DNA of 64,000 nt from Octopus bimaculoides (Eukaryota), in the NCBI RefSeq assembly GCF_001194135.2, contig NC_069000.1:9299843-9363842 (forward strand), in the 5' to 3' direction. Shown here piece after piece: positions 24,511 through 35,596 of the stretch. The translations under genes and the position numbers were made by a program. Within the stretch, counting starts at the first letter, position 1. Each line of letters begins with the position of its first letter. Under the pieces are notes generated by a model, which was not told the DNA's origin, did not search any database, and saw only the letters and a program-made list of their open reading frames with translations.

Positions 24511-26019
24511 AAAAGGCTATATCTATCTTAAACTGCATTAAGGCTGTATTTGCTTGACAACACATTTGATTAGATCTGAGACCGCTGTGTTTAAATAAAG
24601 AGTATTGCATCTTTGTGCAGTCTTTATGAATAAGTCACTGATACCTCATTTCATTGCATCTTTGGTACTTAGTACAATATACTTTGCAAAAATATTAAAA
24701 TTTAAATATACTAGAATATATATCTATTTTGAATGGCCAAAATGCCTTTTCACATCTGTCATAAATACAATGACATAGAAAGGGAGTAAGACTACACCAA
24801 GAATTTATTAATTTTTGTCATATTTTCACCTCCTATTGGGAAACAGTTCAAAATGCAAACAATTAGTTATAGCAATTACAACAATTTTCAATAAAGAAGT
24901 CATTTGATAGTAAACTGCTAAATGTAGTAGTTAATGAATAGCTTAAGGCACATGTCCTGCCAGTCTAGCATGGATTATTTTTTGAGGTGAAATAGTTGAG
25001 TGGATAAAATGCTGATGTATTAAATTCATTTCTCAAATGTTTGCAAATTGTGCCTTTATACCACATTTTCCTGTTTCCTGTGTTGTGTTAATAAGAAACA
25101 CTTTTACTGCAGAAGAATATTAGAGGCTTATTGAAATATTATACGTCTATTTTCCCAAGTAAGTACAAATTAGAGTGTTTTATTCAGACATTTCTGTGAG
25201 GTGTTGAAATTAGTACTTTATAGTTTGGATAATTTTCATGACTAAAACTTTTTAAAGTGTTATGCCCTACTAAATTCTTGTACTCTTAACACGAACAGAC
25301 TAACTTCACCTAAACTTTCAACATCAGAGATACTTTTTATAAGATATATTGAAGAAAACAAGATTATGTTTTTTGACACAACATAATGATGTAGCAATGT
25401 TTCAATCTGTGGCTATTAAACAATAAAACCAACAGACCACTTGATCCAGCTGAATCACTCCTAAGAAATTTGCCTACAATGTGATGACTCAATGATTATT
25501 TCATGAACATATTTAACAATTATACATGAAATTTTGCTAGCTCCAAAGCGATGATTCCCACATTTAGATTAATTACTTCAAATGGAATAAAAACTGCATT
25601 TGGTTAGGATAATATCATTGGCACAGCCAGGGGATCTCACGCTCATGTCCTACTCCACCTCCTCAATGTGAAGTACATCATCACACTTGAGAAAAGAGGT
25701 TCCAACTGCAAAAATAAATTAAATCCTGCAATAGTCCTCTGTTCTACATCATTCTCACATTTCATTCTGCACTACACAAGAAATACAAGTAACTAATAGG
25801 AAAACACAATGTCATGAGTAGGGGTGTGTAGCTGGCAGTAATCCAATTTGAAAAATCAAATTTGTACTCAAAATGAGTGCTTTATTGTATCATAGGTTAC
25901 TGTATTATAGTTTACTTTAAATTGGATATGTTTCTTGCCATGCTACATTACATCTCTATATCTCCCACGCTTTTACTGCAGCAGACCTGTAACCAAACTC
26001 CCATCCTGGTGTGTGTGTG

Positions 26020-26064
<45 letters not shown>

Positions 26065-26066
<2 letters not shown>

Positions 26067-26531
26067 CATCATCATCATTTTATGTTCATTGTCCATGGGT
26101 TGGACGGTTTGACTGGGCTGGCACACTGGAAGGCTGCACCAGGATCCAGTCTGATTAGGCATGGTTTTCTACAGCTGGATGCCCTTCCTAATGCCAACCA
26201 CTCCAAGAATGTAATGGGCGCTTTTACATGCAACCAGCACGAGTGCCTTTGCGTGACACCAATATCTGTCACGACTGTGATTTTGCTTGGCTTGATGAGT
26301 CTTCTCAAGCACGACATAATGCCAAAGGTCTTAGTAATTGCCTGTGTGAGGCTTAACACTCGAAAGGAGCTCAGCCACTTTGCCTCCATGAGGCCCAATG
26401 CTCAAAAGGAACTCAGTCACCTCCCCTCCGTGAAGCCCACTTGAAAGGAACTCAGCCACCTTGCTTCCGTGAGGCTCAACACTCAAAAGAAACTCAGCCA
26501 CTTTGCCTCCATGGAGCCCAACATTCAAAGG
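26065..26531 (-). mobile_element. RTE-derived element: 42-bp tandem array + ORF2 C-terminal remnant + 3' tail with (GAT)n
   Basis: The minus strand encodes DLWHYVVLEKTHQAK (RTE-like ORF2 end). The shared tail AGGAAGGGCATCCAGCTGTAGAAA...AACCCATGG...GATGATGATGA follows. Confidence 0.8.
26346..26531. repeat. Minisatellite, 42-bp unit, about 4.5 copies (42, 42, 39, 42, partial 21)
   Basis: Units start at 26346, 26388, 26430, 26469 and 26511. Example unit: GTGAGGCTCAACACTCAAAAGAAACTCAGCCACTTTGCCTCC. Confidence 0.95.
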
Positions 26532-28075
26532 TTGATTTTTTATATATATATTATATCTTACAGATATAAATCTGACAAAAGTTTAATAAAAAAACAACTA
26601 CATAATAGCTAAATCATTTGCTCTCTTGTTTTCTAAGACAAGGAGGACAAGATGACATTCATGTATTTGAATTATGCATTGATGCAGAAATTTGTCAGTG
26701 GTTTTTTTGTTAAACAAATGATTAAATTATGTAACATTATTAAATTGAAATGCTTTTTATTGTTTTACCGATTTCAATTCTTAATTCATTCTTCAATAAA
26801 AAAAAAAGCAAAATTATTTATCATAAGAGTGTGCATCTACATGCTTGTCCCTCTTATTTCACAAGAAAAATACATTTAAAAGACAATTTTTTTTTTGTTT
26901 TCCTTTCAAAAATTAAAGAGTGTTCATCTCATTTTAATACTTTTTTTAGAAATAAGATATGCATATTGTGTTCATTGATTTTGATATTAACAGATGAGTA
27001 ACACATACACATACATTATGATGTATATTATCACAATTTGAAAATAAAATTGCTTCTTTCATAAAAAGAAATTATACATTAGCACCGTATACATTGCCTA
27101 TTAACTGCGTATATAAAATCTCTTACTCTGAACCACATTTAATAAAATTAAAACTTGATCTTTTAATATCAAAAATTTTCCTTGTGTGGGTGTTATCAAT
27201 CACAATTTTACAATATCCAGTATACCTGCTAGAGGGTTGCATATTCTTCAGGGGTAGTTAAACCACCATCATCACCACCATTGCCACCTTGCCTATGGTT
27301 ACATACTGAAATTAAATTATCATCTTTATCTCAATGCTGGCATTAAATTCTTGCTCAATAAGCTGACATGTCCAAAGATTCTAAACTTAGTTGAATTGAG
27401 AATAATATCATAAAATACTTCAACCCAAGAATAAGATAGTATCTGATAAAATGAAGTACACATCAAATGACTGAAAGTATGTAGAAACATATGTAGTATG
27501 GTCTCACTGACTTCATTGAGAAGGAAGTGTGTGTCCAGTCACAGTGTGATGCAGAGAAAGATTTTATCAAATGAGAACATGAAGCCAAGAAAACAGTATG
27601 ACCATGTTCATAACATTATGCTTATGAGAGAAAACTTTGGAGAAATTTCAAAGACTGAAATGCATGTCTCAAAGTTCAGTGGTTGGATTCTACAGGGTAT
27701 TTTTGTTGTCATGCCAGCCAATACAATCCATATAATGAAGTTAAATATCTATTTATTTCAACAATATCTATTTATTTCATTTTTGTGGGTAGAAATAAGT
27801 TAATTACTAAATCTATTTTTATCAGATTATTTAAGTATGTTGGAATAAGTCAAATATATTTGTTTTTGTTCTGAAGTTTATACTTCAGATAGTAAGAAAT
27901 CTATAAATAACATAGAAGAAAAGATATACAAAGAGGAAAAAATATATAAACATATCTGAGGGAAAAAGATTTATAAATATATCTGAAAAAGTTTGTGAGT
28001 AGGTTATAACTAAAAAAATTTTTAACAATTTAGAGGTAAATAACCAATCTGTTTATCCACTCTAAAATATGGGTA

Positions 28076-28299
28076 TTAAACCTTTAGTGGTCATAGCACC
28101 AATGTTTCTAGATACTTTTACATGTGATAAAAAAACAAGGAAAGCTAACACAAAAGAGAATGTAACTTTCTATGTGTTTTTGGAGGAGGGTAGACAGCAA
28201 TCAAAAATGTTATCAGCAAGTCTGGCTTGAACAAACAGCACTTTTTATTCATGTTGTTCTATTAGTTGTATTTGGTTGTTTTGAATGCTAAAGGGTTAA
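28076..28299. mobile_element. Probable TTAA-flanked MITE (piggyBac-like termini), degraded
   Basis: Right end TTGAATGCTAAAGGG|TTAA and left end TTAA|ACCTTTAG. About 220 bp long, with only a partial TIR match. Confidence 0.45.
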
Positions 28300-28729
28300 T
28301 AATTAAAATGTCTTGACTGCAATAAAGCTGTCGGATAATACCATTTAAATTTCCATTTAGAAAAATGTTAGTACTACTTTAAGACCATGTGCATATAAAG
28401 CACTGCTTAAGTGTTTATTAAAAAAAACTGCAAATTTGCTAATATTTCCACATTAAGTCATCTTACGATGTTATAGGATAGTCATTAGAAGAAGACTTTT
28501 ATATTTTTGAAAAGTCGTGCACAAAAGAATTAAGCAAAATTCATCAAGTAACATAAACACTTGCCATATTGTTTTCCTGGAATATCTTGATCATAATTTA
28601 TAACAGATTCCCAATATGATACTCAATTACAAGATATTAACTTTCTTTGACAGAAAAACAACATTACCCACCTCCATTTTTGCTGAATTTCAGAATAAAG
28701 CACATTGATGAATATCAAATAAACATATA

Positions 28730-29143
28730 GGCACAGGCATGGTTGTGTGGTAAGAAAATTGCTTCCTAACCATATGGTTCTAGTTTCAGTCCCACTGTGT
28801 GGCACCTTGGGCAAGTACTGTCTACTATAACCCTGAGCTGACAAAAGCATCGTTTATTTGGTAGACAGAAACTGGTGTGTGTGTGTATGTGTGTGTGAGA
28901 GAGAGAGAGAGGGAGAGTTTCTCCTTTCTGGCTGAAAGTAAACGAGTATCACTCTCCCCACACAAACAGTGTTGTTCATTTCCAATATTCTGCAAGAATA
29001 TGTCTAGCCATGGAGAGATATTACCTTGCTTGGAAACAGATGAAGGAACAGGAAGGACATCCAGTTGTAGGAGATTTACCTCAAATAAAGTCAACTCGCC
29101 CATGCAAGCAAGGAAAAGTGGATGTTGAATGATGATGATGATG
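28730..29143 (+). mobile_element. Full-length SINE family A with RTE-type tail (tail type 2)
   Basis: tRNA-like head GGCACAGGCATGGTTGTGTGGTAAGAA...GTTTCAGTCCCACTGTGTGGCACCTTGGGCAAGT, then a (GT)n(GA)n linker. The tail reads ...GGAAGGACATCCAGTTGTAG...CCCATGCAAGCAAGGAAAAGTGGATGTTGAATGATGATGATGATG. Confidence 0.85.
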
Positions 29144-30216
29144 TGTAAAAGAGTTAACTTAAATAAAATATACCTGTATGAAAGAGTTAAAAGAGTATAA
29201 AAGAGTTAACTTAAATAAAATGTATATAAAAGGTGCAGGTGGAAACTTGAAAAAGTGAAGAAAGAATAATTAAGTGATCAAGAATTTTAAAAGCATAATG
29301 TAAAATAAAATGACAAGTTGAGGAAAGTTAACCAAAAAAATGTTTTAAAGAGCAGAAAGTAAAGTAACTAGAATGCTGTTTTGAATGATTGCCAACAAGA
29401 CAGTGTAAAGACCTTTAGTGAAGTGGTAAGAATTTACACATTGAATTTCCTATCCAAACCACAATAATTAATAAAAAAAAAAAATTCTGAGGCCTAGATA
29501 AGTTTCAATGGCCAAATCAATGAGCAGTTGTTTATTTGTCACGCCTAGCTTAACGAATCAATATTTATTTAACCCATATTACTGACTCAACAAACTTTGG
29601 AACAACTTATCAATAATCTTTAATAAAGAAGTAATCATTGATCAGTTTATGATCAGTAACACTTGACATGTCTGCTTTGTTCTGCCTTTAAATATTCATT
29701 GATGCATATAAAATATTTAGAAATATTACCTTTATTTCTTACAATATTTCAGCTGTAATCATCAACATGATAAACACTGTTTAATAGTAATAAAACACAA
29801 CATAACACCAGCTGTATAATAATCCATACTATAAATGTTTACTTTGACACTAATATATCTGAACACCAGAGAATATCTGGATATAACAGCATATTATTTT
29901 GTGTATTTTAATGGTTGTTAATCAATTATCATATTGACATTTCAACCAAATGCCAAAATATGTATTGTCGCTCCTAATCATTTGATCAGTTTTCTTCCAG
30001 TTCAAACATTATTCTAATATATCTTTGAAAAAGAGATAGAAGGAATTTCTTGGAACATTCTAAATAAAACAAGTACATAGCTATATCATGCCAAAATAAC
30101 AAGAGTTTAGTAAAATAATTATTAAAGAATTGTGCAAGTAAAGTGCTTTGAAGATTATATGCAATGTCCTTGCTTGTATGTATACAAACATAATCACACA
30201 TATCCACCTCCCCACC

Positions 30217-30249
<33 letters not shown>

Positions 30250-31173
30250 AACAAACATTGATTAATTGACTGCTGCCAAAAAAGAAATATATACTTATCC
30301 AATTTAGTATTGTTGATATTACTATGCCTATAAAAGCAAGAAATTTAGTTTCTACTACTCAGAACTATTCAATTCACTACCCAATTTACTAATATTACAA
30401 TGAATGGTATAAACATCTCTATCAAATCAGAAATGCTTCACAAGAGAGTATATTGAGTAAAAATGACAGAACAGCTAAGCTCACTATCACCCTACATTGC
30501 TTTAACTAGTTTGCAAGCTAGCAGGCTATTGATCTTTAATGCTTCTAGTATATGAACAAGATAAAAAGTAATACCAAGCTTAATATAGAGATTTTCATGT
30601 CATAGTTCTGTTTGTGATTTTGAGAAGCATGAACAGGTGTAGAGACTTACATCAATCTGCATTCAATACATTAAGCTTGGTTGTGACAATTGAAATAAAT
30701 AGAATATCTATTAACAGTAAACTTCCCTGATATCTTACTCACCTTAAATTCAAATTGTACAACTACCTATGCAAACAAGTAATTAGCTTTTTTTAGACAC
30801 AGTCTAAATATCCATCCAGCATCACCTGACAGATGGGTAGAGAAATCAATGAACGGGATAAGTATCTCATCTTTTCATATAGTAACCTTCTATAATAATG
30901 CCACATACAATGTAAAGAGGCACTAAGAGGCAGTCAGTAAAGAGAGAAGCTGTTGTATGTACATGGTTACAACAAAATTTCCAGGAAGTGGAACGGAAGA
31001 GGTTATAGACCTGTATACACCATTAATATAGTGACTAGCAGTGACTGGCAATATTGGTTGTTTGCATACAAAAACATTGCACTAAGACTATCGTTAATCC
31101 AAAGAACTATTAAATCACACCTACATTAAGTAAACCATGTGAAACAAGTAGAATGAGTTTCATGTTTTTCTTC

Positions 31174-31214
<41 letters not shown>

Positions 31215-31233
31215 CATGTTAGATGATGATAAT

Positions 31234-31397
31234 NNNNNNNNNNNNNNNNNNNNNNNNNNNNNNNNNNNNNNNNNNNNNNNNNNNNNNNNNNNNNNNNNNN
31301 NNNNNNNNNNNNNNNNNNNNNNNNNNNNNNNNNNNNNNNNNNNNNNNNNNNNNNNNNNNNNNNNNNNNNNNNNNNNNNNNNNNNNNNNNNNNNNNNN
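31234..31397. other. Assembly gap (N run)
   Basis: Run of N flanked by (TA)n. Confidence 1.
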
Positions 31398-31430
<33 letters not shown>

Positions 31431-31434
<4 letters not shown>

Positions 31435-31950
31435 TCATTTAACATGTTTTTTATGCTGGTATGGGTTGAATGGTATGACAAGAGCTGGCAAGACCAGAAG
31501 CCATACCAGGCTCCATTGTCTGTTTTGGCATAGTTTCTGTAGCTGGATGCCCTTCCTAACACCAGTTGCTTTACAGAGTGCACTGGGTGCTTTTTATATG
31601 GCATCATCGCCAACAGACTCACTAAGCACCTTGCAAGACAAAACAGACAAAAAAGGCAAAAACACCGCAACTGAGAGGAGGGAGTAGTTTTGAGGAGTGG
31701 ATTTGTGCCAGTTGAGAGATTAAAGGTATAGAGGGACAGAGATAGGTGTCTTGCTGTAGATACATGGATACTCCAGTTGGAAAGGAAAAGAGAGTTAAAG
31801 AGTAAGCTAAGAAGAGTGATAGTGAGAGAAATGATGGTGAAGAGTCAGAACATGTCCTCAAGGGACTTTGGGAGTAGTAGTAAGAATAGGTGAAGTGATA
31901 GAGAGGTTTGGACAAAGTGAATGGACAGGACAGAGATGACTGTAGCAACT
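31431..31950 (-). mobile_element. Composite retroelement: pyrimidine-rich body + RTE-type tail
   Basis: The tail at 31431-31640 is homologous to 26065-26230. The body at 31680-31950 is homologous to 37990-38330. Confidence 0.75.
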
Positions 31951-32004
31951 GCTAACCTGCTCCCCCCCCCACACACACATTGTTTATTCATTCATTTTAC
32001 ATTC

Positions 32005-32237
32005 ATTTTTCCCATGCCAGCATGGACAAATGAATCCATATTACTGAGATGTTGTTTTACAGCTGATACCCTCCCTGTTTACTAACACTAATTTGTTTCA
32101 AGGAAACTTCTATTTTACAAGTCTTTGAAAGCATATAGATAACAATTTGTTGACAGAATTGTCAACAAAGCTCACCGTCTGTAGTGCAGTGTATCACAGA
32201 GGTTAAACATTCACGCAAACACACATAGCGCATGCAT

Positions 32238-32294
<57 letters not shown>

Positions 32295-32430
32295 GCTTTG
32301 TATAGTTTCTGTCTACTAAATTTACTAACAGGGCAATAATCTGCCTGGAGCTACAATAGAATATATATCTTGCCCAAGCTGCCTCACAACTTGGACAATG
32401 TGTTTCTTTCTGAAACCCAAAAACCACATG
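32005..32430 (-). mobile_element. SINE family A with tail type 2, degraded, (CA)n linker
   Basis: Tail TTTTCCCATGCCAGCATGGAC...TTTACAGCTGATACCCT at 32015-32080 and head/core TTTCTGTCTACTAAATTTAC...CTTGCCCAAGCTGCC...AACCACATG at 32305-32430. Confidence 0.6.
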
Positions 32431-32481
32431 ATTGAAAAGCAATCATTGCAATTACAGTCATGCTTCTGTGGGTATGTTTGT

Positions 32482-32517
32482 GTGTGTGTGTACTCTCTCA
32501 CTCTCTCTATCTCTCTC

Positions 32518-32592
<75 letters not shown>
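32482..32592. repeat. Compound (GT)n-(CT)n-(CA)n microsatellite
   Basis: Direct reading. Confidence 0.98.
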
Positions 32593-32596
<4 letters not shown>

Positions 32597-32949
32597 ATAT
32601 TGTAACTTTCTAGTTACACTATTTTACAACTCAATAATCACATTTAAACTTTAGTGGCATGTTGTTTGATTTCTTTAATAATTTGATTTATAAGATAGAT
32701 CAATCATAATTCAGAAGTTTCCACTGTTCATCATGGGTAGCTAGCTGACACAGTCAAGTGTCTATAAATATAACAATAGTTTTGCTTCTTGTTCTTTCTA
32801 TGATTTTCCTTTGATGAAACATCAACCTGATTTAGGTATAAAAAATTAGCTTCTTTGCAAAAGCAGTTCTCTCTTGGGAGTTATAAATGTAATTTCTGTG
32901 TGTCAGTGATGTAGCAAGGGTTCTCAGTGGCCAGGATCAAAGACACTAA

Positions 32950-33310
32950 TATGTTATATGAATATCTGTCTAATTTGTTCTGTCATAAGGAACCCTTCAA
33001 CGCACAATTTAAAATCATTTCTTGTATTGGCTCAAGATTTCTAGATATTTCTATCTGTATCAAGAATAGCTATGAAAGACAAGATTTGAAAACAGAAGAT
33101 AATGAATCAGAACAGATACTGCAATAAGTTTAGTGGGCATGTAGGAGTCCAGTGGAACTCTATTCTGAGTCCCATTTTGATTATCATGATCCTCCAAGCC
33201 ATAACGGAGTAGTTTAAGACTAGTTGTCTGAGGTAACTCCTATATAATGATGACCGTTTTCTTATAACTGAATCTGTAGTAGAGAAGACATTCCAAACAC
33301 AAAAGCAAAA
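32950..33310 (+). mobile_element. RTE LINE reverse-transcriptase fragment
   Basis: Translates FSGHVGVQWNSILSPILIIMILQAITE*FKTSCLR*LLYNDD, matching RTE VGVHQGSVLSPLLF...CPWELLYADD. Confidence 0.8.
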
Positions 33311-33344
33311 CTACTGTCAATAAAATAACCTTGCTCACGACACA

Positions 33345-34044
33345 AAAAAGAAGTTAACAGATCTCCATCAGCATGCCACTGATGACCCATCCTTCATGTC
33401 GAAGATCATCACTGGTGATGAACGTTGGGTCGACAGGTACAACCTTGAGGCAACCGTCGTCACAATGGAAGAGCCCTTCATCTCCACAACCAAAGAAGGC
33501 ACTAGAGAGCCGCAGCTATGCTCACTTCCAACATCCACAATATTGTACATTAAGAATTTATCCCCCAGGGACACACCATCAACCGAGAGTTCTACTGCAA
33601 CATTTTGAAGCATTTGAGGGAGGACATTCAGTGGAAGTGACTGGATTTGTGAAGTGCAAAGAATTGGATTCTTCACAACAACAATGCACGCTGCTGCCAA
33701 GTTCTTCTCACTCATGAGTTTCTTGCTAAAAACAACATGGCACTGCTTCTACACCTGCCCTACTTGCCAGATTTAGCACGTGTGGACTTCCATCTCTTCC
33801 CCAAGATGAAAATGCAGCTCAGAGGTTGCCGTTTTAAGACCATTGTTGAAATCCAGAGCAAACTGCCTCACTTACAGAAAACGACTTCCAGGCCAGATTC
33901 TGAAAGTGACAGGAACACTGGGACCAAAGCATTGCTGTGCAAGGTGACTATTTCGAAGGAGATGATATTAAAACTTAGGTAAATAAGTTATCTTTTTTAT
34001 TAAACATAACTAGTCTGGGAACTTTTTGATACCTACTTACCTTG
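33345..34044 (+). mobile_element. 5'-truncated mariner (DD34D) transposon pseudogene with right TIR
   Basis: Frames read DDPSFMSKIITGDERWV, QPSSQWKSPSSPQPKKA and NWILHNNNARC...HLPYLPDLARVDFHLFPKMK. There are 34 residues between the second catalytic position (mutated D->N) and the third Asp. The TIR-like end is AGTCTGGGAACTTTTTGATACCTA..CCTTG|TA. Confidence 0.9.
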
Positions 34045-34046
34045 TA

Positions 34047-34571
34047 TCTAGGGATGTCACGACACCTATCTGATACTCTCCAACACTCCATTCTCCCTCT
34101 CTTATCCACATCACTCTAGCCATCTCAACATCTTGAGGCATAAATAAAAGGGATCTCATCAGATCTGTGTGTACCCTGTACGTTCTACATATATACTCCC
34201 AAACCATTAGGTATCAACATATATCATTCTCTCTCAGCATTTATCCACTTCTTGCTATCCATTATTCTCTCTACCATATTCTCTCTAGTGTTGGTGTCAC
34301 AACAAAATGTACCCAAGCACCCTCTGTTATGTATGGGGTGGGAAGGGTTCTTTAGTCTTGGTGAAGATATGAAAACTTTGCTAGAGCTGGTGCCATGGAA
34401 AATGCAGTTAGTACACTCTGTAACGTAACTACATTAGGAAGAGCATCCAACTGTAGAAACCAAGCCAAAAATGAAACTTATGAGCAAGATATGGCTCTCC
34501 AATCTAAGGGGGTAGCGATGATCCATGCAACCCATGGAAAGTTGAAGTAAAACAATGACAATGATGATGTG

Positions 34572-34572
<1 letters not shown>
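34047..34572 (+). mobile_element. Composite retroelement: pyrimidine-rich body + degraded RTE-type tail
   Basis: GTACACTCTGTAA...TTAGGAAGAGCATCCAACTGTAGAAACCAAGCCAAA...CAACCCATGGAAAGTTGAAGTAAAACAATGACAATGATGATG. Confidence 0.6.
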
Positions 34573-34574
<2 letters not shown>

Positions 34575-34617
<43 letters not shown>

Positions 34618-34632
34618 GTGTGTGTGTGTGTG
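34575..34632. repeat. (GT)n microsatellite
   Basis: Direct reading. Confidence 0.98.
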
Positions 34633-35540
34633 CATATATTTAAATCGAAAATTGTCTAAGTTATTTTCCTGGCTATTTTCCACAATTCTCAGGCGTTTAT
34701 TAAACAGTCTTGTTTAGTATTTATTCCTCGGTTGTTACATCTGTTACACATTATTACTTGATTTTAATAAGTACAATAGACATAATGCAGCAGTAATGTT
34801 ATTGTTCATTTGGACACCGAAATCTATAAACTCATTTATGATTCCTATTGATTTGTTCACTTCACTAGAAAATAAAAAATGTGTGAAGGAAGCAGAGAAA
34901 ATCTTTTACGGAAAGACAGCAATCAATAGCTGGTCAGTTATTAAGTGCTAATAGGTTACAACCATGAATAGGAACCAAAAACTACATGCTTCACTTCTCC
35001 TATTAGCTTAACAGAGAATCCATTGAATCATTAATAACTGTAAAAAAAATACTCAGCCTCCTGTTATGATTACTGTTGTATGTAATTTCAAAGATCTATT
35101 TAAATAAATTATCAATTACCAACAGAGTGTATGGTGAAAATTATGGATTTAGATTTATAAAAAAGTGTAAAGAAAAACAGAAAAAATAACATGATAAATA
35201 CAGGACTAACTAAGAATGCCTAATAAATTTGTGATCAAGTAAAAGTTATGTCTGGGTGGATTATTTTTTAAACAGCTGAATTTAATGATGTTAAAGAATG
35301 AAGAGAAACCAAATAGGTGAACAAAAATAAATTTATAAGTCTGTTGTATAATATAATTCATAGGTAAAAATATTGATAAAGGGAAATTAATGATAAATAC
35401 TTATGAAGCAGCCAGTGAAATAAATATGACTGTACAGTGTATTGGGTATGTATATATGTAATAAGTGTGAATAGGCCTACATACATACATATGCGCACAC
35501 ACACATGTATATATATCTAAGCCTGTATGTATGCATGTGT

Positions 35541-35547
<7 letters not shown>

Positions 35548-35592
<45 letters not shown>
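35548..35592. repeat. (TA)n microsatellite
   Basis: Direct reading. Confidence 0.98.

Positions 35593-35596
<4 letters not shown>

Noticed and set aside
25113-25158. 46-nt plus-strand exon-like segment (KNIRGLLKYYTSIFP)
   Set aside because: It is isolated, has no compatible neighbouring exon, and is consistent with chance pseudo-exon frequency.
26346-26531. CRISPR-like appearance of regularly spaced repeats
   Set aside because: The units are contiguous with no unique spacers, the DNA is eukaryotic, and the array is embedded in an RTE remnant.
28730-28800. tRNA-like sequence (also 18500-18587 and 41690-41735)
   Set aside because: These are SINE heads with A/B-box remnants that continue into SINE core sequence. 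No complete cloverleaf is seen.
29146-29221. Exact 24-bp direct repeat TAAAAGAGTTAACTTAAATAAAAT, 52 bp apart
   Set aside because: It is a small local duplication next to a SINE tail with no further structure.
30985-31000. Adjacent ETS-like GGAA motifs (CAGGAAGT, ACGGAAG)
   Set aside because: There is no CpG island or other promoter evidence.
34140-34170. CTGATGAG on the minus strand (hammerhead core word); also CTGATGA near 36935 and 59080
   Set aside because: No stem II followed by GAAA and no stem I/III pairing could be built.
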